From a virus (taxonomy: Duplodnaviria; Caudoviricetes), in IMG/VR virus record IMGVR_UViG_3300037467_003067, positions 96,001-160,000 of that record: 64,000 nt of DNA. One strand, 5' to 3'. The position numbers and the translations under genes are program-made. Positions within the stretch are counted from its first letter, which is position 1. The number at the start of each line of letters is the position of its first letter. Positions 26,327 through 35,417 of this stretch are shown here, one piece after another. Under the pieces are notes generated by a model, which was not told where the DNA came from, made no database searches, and worked only from the letters and a program-made list of their open reading frames with translations.

Positions 26327-27763
26327 CTATCTTCCCTTCTTGATCCAGTTCGAGAGAGAAGGTCCCCCCTTCAATCCCCACCGAACGAGCAGGTTCATGT
26401 CCCGTTCGGTGGGGAGTTTGTTATATTTCCCCCGCGCCTGAGTGATCATCCTTTGTGTGTTCGAGATTTCCAAGGTCAAAAGCCGGTCGATGTTCCCAAG
26501 GGTATCATACCGCTTCAGGGACCAAATCGAAGTTCTCCCGCTGACGCAGGAATGGGCATAGGAGGCTACACAGTGGTGCATAGCGTTGCCCTCATTCCTC
26601 AGTTCCTTGGAATTGATCAACTCGGTGATCAGGTAGACCTTCTTGTTCTCTCCCTCGCCTTCCACGTGTTCGAATTCCGGGATGCCCGAAATGTTCCAGG
26701 ATATATCAGGTCCACCCTTCTTGTCCAGGCTTCCCAACCTTCGATGCCACATCTCCACTAGATTTAGAAGGGTCGTCGGATTACGACCTTTCATGGTGAA
26801 ATTGGGTTGCGGCGGGAGCAATCTCGGTCCGGTGGGACTCGGGTTGGGGACGGATCGGGTGTACTTCTGGTCGTATACGTAGTCGATGATGGGTCCGTGA
26901 TGAACCGGGTCGAGCATGGGATGAAGGATTAGCCAACGTATGACCGAAATGCCGAACTCATCGCTCTCGGTGACATTCGATCCCAGGCGTGTGGACAAGA
27001 TCGATCTCACCAAGCGCTCATCGCCCCCCATGTTGATTACTTGTGCCCAGCGGAAAGCGGCAGGAATGCTGAACTCGCCAGGAGCTTGAAGGAAGTAGTG
27101 AGCCATCTTCTTGGTCATGGGGATCGGCAATCCTGAAGCGGTTCGGATGTTTTGACCGATCCCCACATGAATGAACCACCGTTGCTCCTTGATCCCGTTT
27201 CCGGTGGCACCGGCATACCACGCCGTGTTCATGAACGACGGGACATGGTACTTGGCGAACAGGTGCCGGACCAGGGAGTCGAATTGTCGCCAGACATTGT
27301 GACTCTTCGGCTTCCAGTCCTCAAGCGGGCGAAGCCAGCGATTACGATGACTGGCAATTGCGACCAAACCGTTGATGTAGTCTTTGCTTGACTTACCTTC
27401 GAAGATATCGGTATGTTCGTAGCAGTAGAGAAGGAGTTCCTTGAGGACGCTCATGTCGGGGCGGTAATGCGATAACTTGTTCGTGGAATCATAGATGTGG
27501 CACATCCGATCTAGCGGCGTCCTTTGAGACCAAGTTCTGGTCTCGCCCCGGTCGATTGAGTTCAACGTCTCGACCGGGTCCTTGACGCCTTGCTTTGCTT
27601 GTCGCAGGAGGTTCTCGGCGCATTGAGACCGCTCCAAGGCTACCTGTTGCTTCCACGCTTCCTGGCGTTTGCGATTTTCTTTGGCAAGGGTCTTCCTTGC
27701 TTGGGCTTCCTTCTTCAACTTGTTCGAAGAAGGCTTGGGCGATTTATCGTTGTGCCGTGTCAT
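26327..27763 (-). CDS. PcfJ-domain protein
   Basis: ELRNEGNAMHHCVASY...IWSL...LTLEI...QARGKYNK; probably leaderless start. Confidence 0.8.
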   Translation of the reverse strand: MTRHNDKSPKPSSNKLKKEAQARKTLAKENRKRQEAWKQQVALERSQCAENLLRQAKQGVKDPVETLNSIDRGETRTWSQRTPLDRMCHIYDSTNKLSHYRPDMSVLKELLLYCYEHTDIFEGKSSKDYINGLVAIASHRNRWLRPLEDWKPKSHNVWRQFDSLVRHLFAKYHVPSFMNTAWYAGATGNGIKEQRWFIHVGIGQNIRTASGLPIPMTKKMAHYFLQAPGEFSIPAAFRWAQVINMGGDERLVRSILSTRLGSNVTESDEFGISVIRWLILHPMLDPVHHGPIIDYVYDQKYTRSVPNPSPTGPRLLPPQPNFTMKGRNPTTLLNLVEMWHRRLGSLDKKGGPDISWNISGIPEFEHVEGEGENKKVYLITELINSKELRNEGNAMHHCVASYAHSCVSGRTSIWSLKRYDTLGNIDRLLTLEISNTQRMITQARGKYNKLPTERDMNLLVRWGLKGGPSLSNWIKKGR

Positions 27764-27770
27764 GAAACAT

Positions 27771-27799
27771 ATTATATCCAAGTCATTTGGGTTTGTAAA
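27771..27799 (-). promoter_or_regulatory. sigma70-like promoter
   Basis: TTTACA-N17-TATAAT, ATG 7 nt downstream. Confidence 0.7.
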
Positions 27800-27807
27800 G
27801 TCGGACC

Positions 27808-28449
27808 TTAAAAGAAACCTAAAGCCTGGTCAAGTGAATCGAACATTCGGGCATTGGAAGCGTTGTATTCTTCTAATGCCTTGCGGACGCTATCGTTTCC
27901 TTTGTCTTCGATAATTTCCAAGAGGACATCGGAAGTAGTGTATAATTCGTCTTGTCGCGATGCGTATTCTCGGTATTGAACCATAATCGGGGATGTACTG
28001 GAATACCACTTCTTATGGTTCTCTTCCCACGTTTGCGGGCGATCATCGGAGGGAAATGTCAGTAAATCAGCCCCCATGCTCACGATTAAATGATTGGGCG
28101 AATGAACATTGATGTCTAAAGTCTTGATGGCGTCCGAAGGGTCCATAACTTGACAGCAAAGTAAATATGCCATTGCCGATGAGCGGCTGATTCCGGCTTG
28201 GCATATGCAAATGACCTCGTCGAGATTCTTGTCTTTGCCCCATGCCAAGGCTCGCTCGACATGTTCGTATGTCGGATGAATCAATCCCGGTCTTGGAGAG
28301 AAGATATCATGGAACTCCATGTAAAGACAATCTCTTGCCTCGGTCCTAATCCGCTTAACGGTTTCGGTTTCATTGTTTGGACTATTCATCAAGAGGACAT
28401 CATGCCCTAATGCATGATGTTGTGCGAGCTTCTGCTTCATAATCTTCAT
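27808..28449 (-). CDS. protein tyrosine/dual-specificity phosphatase-like
   Basis: CX5R loop CQAGISRSSA; FHDI; PN..IV. Confidence 0.8.
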   Translation of the reverse strand: MKIMKQKLAQHHALGHDVLLMNSPNNETETVKRIRTEARDCLYMEFHDIFSPRPGLIHPTYEHVERALAWGKDKNLDEVICICQAGISRSSAMAYLLCCQVMDPSDAIKTLDINVHSPNHLIVSMGADLLTFPSDDRPQTWEENHKKWYSSTSPIMVQYREYASRQDELYTTSDVLLEIIEDKGNDSVRKALEEYNASNARMFDSLDQALGFF

Positions 28450-28468
28450 CGTTCTGTCCTTTTACCTA

Positions 28469-29107
28469 TTAAATTTCAATCGGACCAAGAGATCTGTGAT
28501 ATTCTAAATAATCAGCAGCGGCTCGAAGCAAGACTGGATCGTCATCAAAGGACCCTAAAGCTCTATTACATCTACTGCATAACAAACTTCGAACGACGCC
28601 TGTATTATGATCATGATCTACAGCTAACCTAGTAAGACGTCCCCGCCACATTGCTGTTTCGGGTTGTTTGCAAATAGCACACACATCCCCTTGTTGTTGG
28701 TTCATTAGGTTATATTCTTCCAATGATATGCCATAATTGCTTTTAAGTGCATAATCTTTTTTAACGTGTTTTCTGTTGTCTCTATATTGTTGATCGCGAT
28801 CTTTAGTTCGTTCTTTATATTCTTTGCTTTTCATTTTAGCCTCTGGTGTGGCACGAAGTTCTCGTCTTCTAGCATTGATTTTTTCTTTATTTGCATTTTT
28901 CCATTCTTTATTTTTCTGATAATGTCGTTCTTTGTTTTCTTTGTAATATTGTTGCCTATATTCTGGGTTGTCATCTACCCATTGTTTATACCTAGTTTTG
29001 GTACAGTTTTTACACTCACTTCTGACTCCACTGGGTCGATCTGAACGAATCCCAAAATTATCTATAGGCAAAATCAAACAGCAACGAGAGCATTGTTTTG
29101 TTTTCAT
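28469..29107 (-). CDS. endonuclease VII-family free-standing homing-type endonuclease
   Basis: YGISLEEY...QQ..CAICK...LAVDHDHNTG.VR.LLC..CNRALG; N-terminal Zn finger; AT-rich. Confidence 0.85.
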   Translation of the reverse strand: MKTKQCSRCCLILPIDNFGIRSDRPSGVRSECKNCTKTRYKQWVDDNPEYRQQYYKENKERHYQKNKEWKNANKEKINARRRELRATPEAKMKSKEYKERTKDRDQQYRDNRKHVKKDYALKSNYGISLEEYNLMNQQQGDVCAICKQPETAMWRGRLTRLAVDHDHNTGVVRSLLCSRCNRALGSFDDDPVLLRAAADYLEYHRSLGPIEI

Positions 29108-29119
29108 AATAAAATTATA

Positions 29120-30364
29120 TCAGATTTCAATTAATCCACAAGTTCTTTCTTTCGGGTCAAATTTATATAAATCCGCTTTGACGTAGAGAATTTGGTGAAG
29201 AGAATGCCAATCCGAGGGATAAAAATTCTTAATTCGGTTCAACTGCATTTTCACAGGAGTGTTGATATACCTAGCTTGCTGTTCTTTGCAATAATAAAAA
29301 AAACTGTTACTATTCCAAAAAGACTTATGTGTGGGATCTTGGAAAGCTCCTCTTTGGTCACTCGAAGGAGTCAGGCTCAAAAGCCACCCTTTAGGAGCTA
29401 AACATCGATAGATTTCCTTCATCACATGGATTTGGTCTTTCATGTGTTCCAGGGCATCGTGGGCGCGAAATACGCCGACGGTCCCATCTTCGATTGGCCA
29501 GGGATCTTCCAGGTCAGCCGTGATGTCCCCGCCGAACTTGTCAATGCTCTCGTAGTTCAGGGGCGAGTCGAAGCCGCCGCAAAGGTCGATCTTCCTCAGC
29601 CCGTTCATATCCGACCACTTCTCGACCATCTGGTAGATGTACTTGTCGTGGAGTCCCAAGGTCATGTTCTGAATGAGTTCGTTCTTTTCACCCTTGCTGG
29701 TATTCATCCCCGTGTAATGATACACATAAAGGCACTTATCGATGTGCTTGACGTTGCCGTGGATGTAGCTACGACAGACGATGTCATGGTCATCACAGAC
29801 CTCCATGGAGGCGTCATGACCACCGATACCGACGTAGAATGATCGTCGCCAGGCACGCACGTGATTAGGGGCATACCAGATCTTGGAGAAGGCAGCGGGG
29901 TCGGGAGCGAATGCCAAGGTTTCGAGAAGGTCTTTTCCTTTCCATTGGAACGGACGATATTTCCAGCCGTAGATATCGCTGTAGGTGTACGGTTGGTCGT
30001 TGAGAATTTCGCAGCAATTGGAATAAACAAAATCGACCTTGTCGTCGGCAAATGTTGCAGTGAGTTCTTCGAGGCAATCGGGAGTTAATTCATCGTCATG
30101 GTCAACTTCGACCAGGACATTGCCGAGAGAATTTTCGCAGGCAAACTTCTTGATCTCGCCGATGTTTTGGGTGAGACCAGTGTAAGGGATGATACGGACC
30201 TTAGAGATTAGGTTACCATAGACTGGTAGGCTGATATCTTCGGGGCGGCAATCGCCATTGGGGACGATAACCCATTCAAAATCTTGATGCGTTTGGTCGA
30301 TGAGGGACTTAGCCAGACGATTAATGAATAGGGGATTATGAGTAGGGGTAAAAATTGATAGCAT
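29120..30364 (-). CDS. GT2 glycosyltransferase fused to SAM-methyltransferase-like domain
   Basis: SIFTPTHN, EVDHDDEL, DDHDI; C-term DLCGG...AHDALEH...MKEIYRCL.P.G...AFQDPTH. Confidence 0.8.
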   Translation of the reverse strand: MLSIFTPTHNPLFINRLAKSLIDQTHQDFEWVIVPNGDCRPEDISLPVYGNLISKVRIIPYTGLTQNIGEIKKFACENSLGNVLVEVDHDDELTPDCLEELTATFADDKVDFVYSNCCEILNDQPYTYSDIYGWKYRPFQWKGKDLLETLAFAPDPAAFSKIWYAPNHVRAWRRSFYVGIGGHDASMEVCDDHDIVCRSYIHGNVKHIDKCLYVYHYTGMNTSKGEKNELIQNMTLGLHDKYIYQMVEKWSDMNGLRKIDLCGGFDSPLNYESIDKFGGDITADLEDPWPIEDGTVGVFRAHDALEHMKDQIHVMKEIYRCLAPKGWLLSLTPSSDQRGAFQDPTHKSFWNSNSFFYYCKEQQARYINTPVKMQLNRIKNFYPSDWHSLHQILYVKADLYKFDPKERTCGLIEI

Positions 30365-30412
30365 GACTTAAAAGAGTGAGTCATGCTATCAATTTTCATG
30401 GCTTAATTCAGA

Positions 30413-31159
30413 TTACTTAACCGTCCAGAGTCCAGCCGAGATTTCCCACCAAAGTTTTTTGTATTGCGGGATTGAGACCAATTCCTTGTCGTCGGACTTG
30501 CTCTTCAAGTATGCCTGGAGGTTCTTCGCCCATGCATTCCAGACCAAGGGGTCGATCCCAGCAGCAATCAATGCTTCCTTGTTGGAATCTTTGGTGGTGA
30601 GCATGATTTGCTTGACTTCGTTCAGGGCTTCATCACCAATCTGAGTTGAAATCTTCTTGAAGCTCGTAGCTAGGGCTTTCGACCCTTTCTTGAGCATTTC
30701 ATCCTGTGGGAGGATGTTGGGGTCTTTCGCCCATGCGGCGACGAGGCTCGAAATGGTCTCAGCATTATTGACATTGACGGCACCAACCTTCAATTCTCGG
30801 GTTGCGGTGAGTACCTTGACAATTTCTTCTCCGTTGACCGAATAGTGGAGCGACAGTTTGGCATCGACCTGAATCTTGGTTGCCTTGACACCTGCACCAA
30901 AGACGACTCGGCGACCATCAATCCAGTGTTTCTTGACCTGACCTTCTTCGGAAACGGTCCACTTGATCTTGGCGGCTGTGATGAATTGGGCGTATTCGTT
31001 TTCCAGCTTGGCTTCCATGACCATCAATTCGCCTGGCTTGGATGGTTCCAGGGGTCCGATGATCGATAAGGTTGGCTGGACCATAGCGGTTGCCTTGACG
31101 ATTTTATCGTCGATAATGACCAAGGTGGGTTCTGTATTTTCCATTTTTTGTTTCTCCAA
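30413..31159 (-). CDS. hypothetical protein
   Basis: 248-aa ORF. Confidence 0.65.
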   Translation of the reverse strand: MEKQKMENTEPTLVIIDDKIVKATAMVQPTLSIIGPLEPSKPGELMVMEAKLENEYAQFITAAKIKWTVSEEGQVKKHWIDGRRVVFGAGVKATKIQVDAKLSLHYSVNGEEIVKVLTATRELKVGAVNVNNAETISSLVAAWAKDPNILPQDEMLKKGSKALATSFKKISTQIGDEALNEVKQIMLTTKDSNKEALIAAGIDPLVWNAWAKNLQAYLKSKSDDKELVSIPQYKKLWWEISAGLWTVK

Positions 31160-31241
31160 AATGCGAGATATCCTTCATTACCAGAGTAATCATTTGTGTT
31201 AAACGTATATAGTGTAGTGCGATTATGGAGGGAACGAATTT

Positions 31242-31661
31242 ATGAAATTGCTTTCTAAAATGTCATTGCCAATGAAGGCACAAACGACCTGGCAGGGGTT
31301 GATCGAAAACAGCCTCTTGGCAACAGCCGCGACGGGTCTGACCTATGTCGCCGAAAATGCGAGTAATGCCAACTTCGGCAACTATTCTCCATTGGTTGTC
31401 GGAATTGCTTCCATTTCTTTGTATTGTGTCAAGAAAATATTGGAAATAAAAAATATGACGAATCCTCTGGAGAATGTAACTCCGGTTGATCCGATGCCAG
31501 CCCCAGAACCCGCTCCCGAGCCTGAGACCCCACCGACACCAGAACCGGTCGTGGTCCCAGAACCAGTTGCCCCGGCTCCCGTTGTTGTTCCACCGACTCC
31601 GGTTGTACGTCCGCAACCGATTGATCCTGAAGAAGGGAGTGACTTTCCTTTGGTCGTCTAA
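31242..31661 (+). CDS. membrane protein with Pro-rich tail (holin-like candidate)
   Basis: Two hydrophobic segments then PEPAPEP tract; GGAGG SD. Confidence 0.55.
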   Translation: MKLLSKMSLPMKAQTTWQGLIENSLLATAATGLTYVAENASNANFGNYSPLVVGIASISLYCVKKILEIKNMTNPLENVTPVDPMPAPEPAPEPETPPTPEPVVVPEPVAPAPVVVPPTPVVRPQPIDPEEGSDFPLVV

Positions 31662-31673
31662 CAAGGAGGGATT

Positions 31674-32111
31674 ATGTTCCAAGCTGATGATTATTTGACT
31701 AATGGTTGGGTTCCGCCTTCGAATCCCAATGATTGGCAGCAAGACATGCTTGTTTTGCACAATCAGCAAAGAAGTAATCGTACAGAGTTGACCATGAATG
31801 ACAAGCTCCAGGCTGCGGCTCAGAAGCATGCGGAATGGATGGCTGCCACGGAGACCTTATCCCACACGGGAGAAAACGGCAGTGACATGACCTCAAGGAT
31901 CAATGCGGAAGGATACGATTGGTCCACGATCGGCGAGAATGTCGCCTACGGATATCCTACCGTCCAGACCGTGGTGAAAGGATGGATGGAATCTTATGGT
32001 CACAGGAAAAATATCATGAACCCCGACTTCGCCGAGGTCGGATTTGGCAAAGGAGTTGCTTCAAATGGAATGATATATTGGTGTGCTGATTTCGGACGCC
32101 CAATGATATGA
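31674..32111 (+). CDS. CAP (SCP/PR-1) domain protein
   Basis: HN..R, LQAAAQKHAEWMA, SHTG, GENVA.G, WMES.GHRKNI. Confidence 0.9.
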   Translation: MFQADDYLTNGWVPPSNPNDWQQDMLVLHNQQRSNRTELTMNDKLQAAAQKHAEWMAATETLSHTGENGSDMTSRINAEGYDWSTIGENVAYGYPTVQTVVKGWMESYGHRKNIMNPDFAEVGFGKGVASNGMIYWCADFGRPMI

Positions 32112-32120
32112 AACAATCAT

Positions 32121-32153
32121 GAAAAAAGCCCGGTAATTTACCGGGCTTTTTTC
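32121..32153. terminator. bidirectional terminator
   Basis: GAAAAAAGCCCGGTAA-T-TTACCGGGCTTTTTTC between convergent genes. Confidence 0.8.
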
Positions 32154-32424
32154 ACTTATTGATCCATCCTGTTTTAGTGGCTTGGTCGACCTCTTCCTGA
32201 GTGACTCTTCGATTCATGAACTCCGAGAGGCTTTCTAGGAAGTGTCTGGCGACATCTGCTTGGATTATACGGTGATATTCCGGACCCATCGCCATGGCTT
32301 CTCGGTAAGAACCTTCGTCGATTCCCCAATCGAAAAGTTTGCCATCCACGAAGATTCCTTTAGAGAATAGGTTTTGGTCGTCGCGATAATACTTGACTTC
32401 AAATGTTACTTGTTCTTTTGCCAT
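32152..32424 (-). CDS. hypothetical protein
   Basis: 90-aa ORF. Confidence 0.65.
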   Translation of the reverse strand: MAKEQVTFEVKYYRDDQNLFSKGIFVDGKLFDWGIDEGSYREAMAMGPEYHRIIQADVARHFLESLSEFMNRRVTQEEVDQATKTGWINK

Positions 32425-32453
32425 GCCTTAATGGAGTATCCGTTCGAGAACTT

Positions 32454-33524
32454 TCAAGCCGCGCACCAGAAAAGACGTTCCTTGGCGCGTGATGCAGCGG
32501 TGTACGCCCATCGTTGATGATCCCAACCCTTACAAATTTGTTCCATGACCAAAACGTCATCGAACTGGTCGCCCTGGCTCTTATGTGCCGTGATGGCGTA
32601 GGCGTAGTCGAAGGGGAGAGGACCGTCCTTGCTGTAATCGGTGAGGACTTTTTCTTGGTCGAATTGCTTCGGATCATATCGGATGCGGGAGTAGAGCATG
32701 TCGTAGGATTCGAAGTCCAGGTAACTCTTCTTCTTTTCCTTGTAGAAATCAACAACTCTTCCTTGCATGCCATTGAACACGCCAGCGAGTCTGTTATTTC
32801 TCAGGCACATGACCTTCTCGTCCTTATGGAGAAGGTTTTTATGTCCTAAAACTTCACGAACCTTGGTGTTGATTTCAATTCGGGTCTTGTTGAAAGCACA
32901 GATATTCTGGTCGACTTGTGCGAGCAATTTAGGGGTGACTTCCCACCTCCTCAACAGTCTTACTTTGTCGCTGGTATTGAATCGGGATGGAAATGCCTTA
33001 GGTGAGCGACCATTGCGTATCCATTCACAGAATCGAGCAATTGGACCAGCATTTCGGTGAATCTTTTCGAGGCGATACATGGGGTCAGCCATGAGATTAA
33101 AATCATTACCTACAGGCGGTAACTGTCCGTGGTCGCCGACATAGATAACGGGTACGCCGAAGGACCTAAGGTCTTCGTCAATTTCCTGAGTGACCATGCT
33201 GGCTTCGTCAACGATGATCCCATCACACATCAGATCATTGGTTAATTGAAAGACAACTGACCCGTCGGGTTGTGTGAATGGCTTGTAGATGAGACTGTGA
33301 ATTGTACTTGCCGGAACGCCTCTGCGTCGGAGGACTTGGGCGGCTTTACCGGTGTAGGCGCACACGGCATAATTTTTCAAGATTTGGAGCAGATAGGAGA
33401 CACAGACCGATTTGCCCGTACCGGCGAATCCGCCCAATGTTTGGGTCGGTAGCGATTTCTTCTTTATACCTTCGACTATGGAGAAAATGACGGATTGCTG
33501 TTCGGCGGTTAAATCAAAAGACAT
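32454..33524 (-). CDS. SF1B RecD/Dda-like DNA helicase
   Basis: GFAGTGKS, AYTGKAA, TIHSLIY, IVDEASMV, VGDHGQLPPV, YAITAHKSQG, YTAASRAK. Confidence 0.9.
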   Translation of the reverse strand: MSFDLTAEQQSVIFSIVEGIKKKSLPTQTLGGFAGTGKSVCVSYLLQILKNYAVCAYTGKAAQVLRRRGVPASTIHSLIYKPFTQPDGSVVFQLTNDLMCDGIIVDEASMVTQEIDEDLRSFGVPVIYVGDHGQLPPVGNDFNLMADPMYRLEKIHRNAGPIARFCEWIRNGRSPKAFPSRFNTSDKVRLLRRWEVTPKLLAQVDQNICAFNKTRIEINTKVREVLGHKNLLHKDEKVMCLRNNRLAGVFNGMQGRVVDFYKEKKKSYLDFESYDMLYSRIRYDPKQFDQEKVLTDYSKDGPLPFDYAYAITAHKSQGDQFDDVLVMEQICKGWDHQRWAYTAASRAKERLFWCAA

Positions 33525-33622
33525 TAGTCTTCCTCATATCATTTGTAGTTTATCTGTATTAGATTAAGTATTTGAACGGATATTGTAACAGGTTTGTTTG
33601 GGTCGATCAAGAGATTTAATAA

Positions 33623-34177
33623 CTAAAGATTCGGTTCCAGGCGATAGAGCATGAAGTCGGGCAGGCAATGGGCGATCGTCCCGAGGAATCTCATAGTTCC
33701 TTCGCGGTCGAAGACGATACGGGTTGCGCCGTGACTGTCGATTTTCATATCACATGGCATGCCGACTTCGTTAAAGTAGCTCCAGATAACATGATTATTT
33801 TCTTGGAAGGCTGTGGTTCTCAAGCCGATCCGCCGATTGGAGTACCAAAATCCCTTGTCGCCGAACCAGACTGCCAGGGCGATATCCCTCAATTGGTCCA
33901 ACACATCCATATCGACTTTTTTCCTGTTATCATTATAAAACTTGGCACTGTATAAGTTCCAGGCGGAATCGCTTTTCGACCGCCACTTCAGAACTTTACC
34001 GCAGGGCGATGTCGGGGTTCTGGCTTCTAGGCTTTCCAATTCCATTCCCTTGTAAAACAACCAATTATGGTCATGGCTCTCGGAGATGCCCAGATAGATC
34101 GGCGATGACCTAGAGATGTAGCCATTTCCCAAAAGTGTTCCGTAAATTATTTGATTTTGGCGATTTGTAATTTCCAT
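33623..34177 (-). CDS. LAGLIDADG_2-fold protein, apparently catalytically degenerate
   Basis: IYGTLLGNG and LAVWFGDKG (canonical LLGDG / W.MDDG). Confidence 0.7.
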   Translation of the reverse strand: MEITNRQNQIIYGTLLGNGYISRSSPIYLGISESHDHNWLFYKGMELESLEARTPTSPCGKVLKWRSKSDSAWNLYSAKFYNDNRKKVDMDVLDQLRDIALAVWFGDKGFWYSNRRIGLRTTAFQENNHVIWSYFNEVGMPCDMKIDSHGATRIVFDREGTMRFLGTIAHCLPDFMLYRLEPNL

Positions 34178-34290
34178 AATAACTGCTGTTTCCTCTCTAT
34201 CTGGTATATATCCAAATCACAAATATAAAAGGTCAAAGTCTATTGTTGAATCCTATATACCATTGTCTTTAACCTTTTGGAGGACTATAA

Positions 34291-34638
34291 ATGGGTGCTA
34301 CTTCTGTCACGGGCGTAGGGCATGGAAGCGCCGAAGGCGCTAATAAGGGTAACGAACACACTTCTCTTGGTGTTGGTCGTTTGATTGGTCCGCGAATTGT
34401 GGCTGCTGGGCGAGCCACCTTGGCTACGAACGTTGCTTCGGTCGAGGTGCCTGTTCCTACCGCCACCGCTACCGATTACATTGTCTTGGCGACTTCGGTC
34501 AATGCCTCGACTGCCAATGCTGTTGCCGTCACGAGCTTCGCCGTCAATGCCACCACCAAGGTCGCCACGATCGGTCTCAAGGGTGCTGGTGCTAGCGACG
34601 TTGTGAATTGGGCGATTGTCAAGACCGGGCTTGCCTAA
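34291..34638 (+). CDS. small Ala/Thr/Val-rich virion protein candidate
   Basis: GGAGGA SD, TATATA upstream, beta-rich. Confidence 0.65.
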   Translation: MGATSVTGVGHGSAEGANKGNEHTSLGVGRLIGPRIVAAGRATLATNVASVEVPVPTATATDYIVLATSVNASTANAVAVTSFAVNATTKVATIGLKGAGASDVVNWAIVKTGLA

Positions 34639-34651
34639 TCGTTAAAATAAT

Positions 34652-34691
34652 CAAAAATCAACGAACAAAATATTTTGTTCGTTGATTTTTG
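34652..34691. repeat. perfect 40-bp palindrome
   Basis: CAAAAATCAACGAACAAAAT|ATTTTGTTCGTTGATTTTTG. Confidence 0.85.
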
Positions 34692-34722
34692 CATTTAATA
34701 CTATATTAAGGCATCTGGATAA

Positions 34723-34820
34723 ATCGCAATATCGGGCGTTGATACACTGAGAGGGGGTGAAAACCTTTTTGCTCGATGCGATACAAAAGCCATTACCTAA
34801 GATTTAGGTAATGGCTTTTT
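34723..34820 (+). ncRNA. candidate small RNA plus terminator
   Basis: ATCGC/GCGAT, ATCGGGC/GCTCGAT, inner GAGGGGGT-GAAA-ACCTTTTT hairpin, then terminator AAAAGCCATTACCTAA/TTAGGTAATGGCTTTTT. Confidence 0.35.
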
Positions 34821-34854
34821 ATTTTTCGAATCATTTTGGTTTTATTTGATTGGA

Positions 34855-35328
34855 TCAAATGGGTGGGCGAGTAGCACGACCATCCTGTGCCAATTTGTTA
34901 AGGTGGCGGATGATGCCACTCAATGACTTAGCGGCAGCACCACCGTTGAGACCGGTGATGACCGGATCTTGCATGGCACGTTGAATGAGCGAGGCGGCTT
35001 TTTCTAGTTTGCGTTCGCCGCTGTTAAAATTACGCCACCAGCCCTGAACACCTCTGCCCATGGGGCTGTTCTTGAACGCAGTTCCGGCTTGCTGACCGGC
35101 GTTCCAGGCACCGGCAACGGCTCCCTTGCCCAAGTTACCCATGCCAGCCATGCCCTGAGTGACGGCGTTTGAGGCGTGACCCATCGCCTGTGCGGCTTGC
35201 TGCGATCCGAGTGCCCAGTTTTCAAAATAATCAACGGGGTCGATATCAAGATCAACGAAAAGTTGCGCGGCTTCCCAGATCATCGGCTCTAGGGTTTGAT
35301 TTTCAACGAATTGTTCGAATGTTTTCAT
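34855..35328 (-). CDS. hypothetical, capsid-targeting-like N-terminus
   Basis: MKTFEQFVE; Gly/Ala-rich amphipathic middle. Confidence 0.7.
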   Translation of the reverse strand: MKTFEQFVENQTLEPMIWEAAQLFVDLDIDPVDYFENWALGSQQAAQAMGHASNAVTQGMAGMGNLGKGAVAGAWNAGQQAGTAFKNSPMGRGVQGWWRNFNSGERKLEKAASLIQRAMQDPVITGLNGGAAAKSLSGIIRHLNKLAQDGRATRPPI

Positions 35329-35417
35329 ATTTTGCACCTTAATTCTATTAACCGAGCGATAAAATATATATGCCAAGACTATCTTAATACATATAATCCT
35401 TTTCAAGGAAAATCAAA

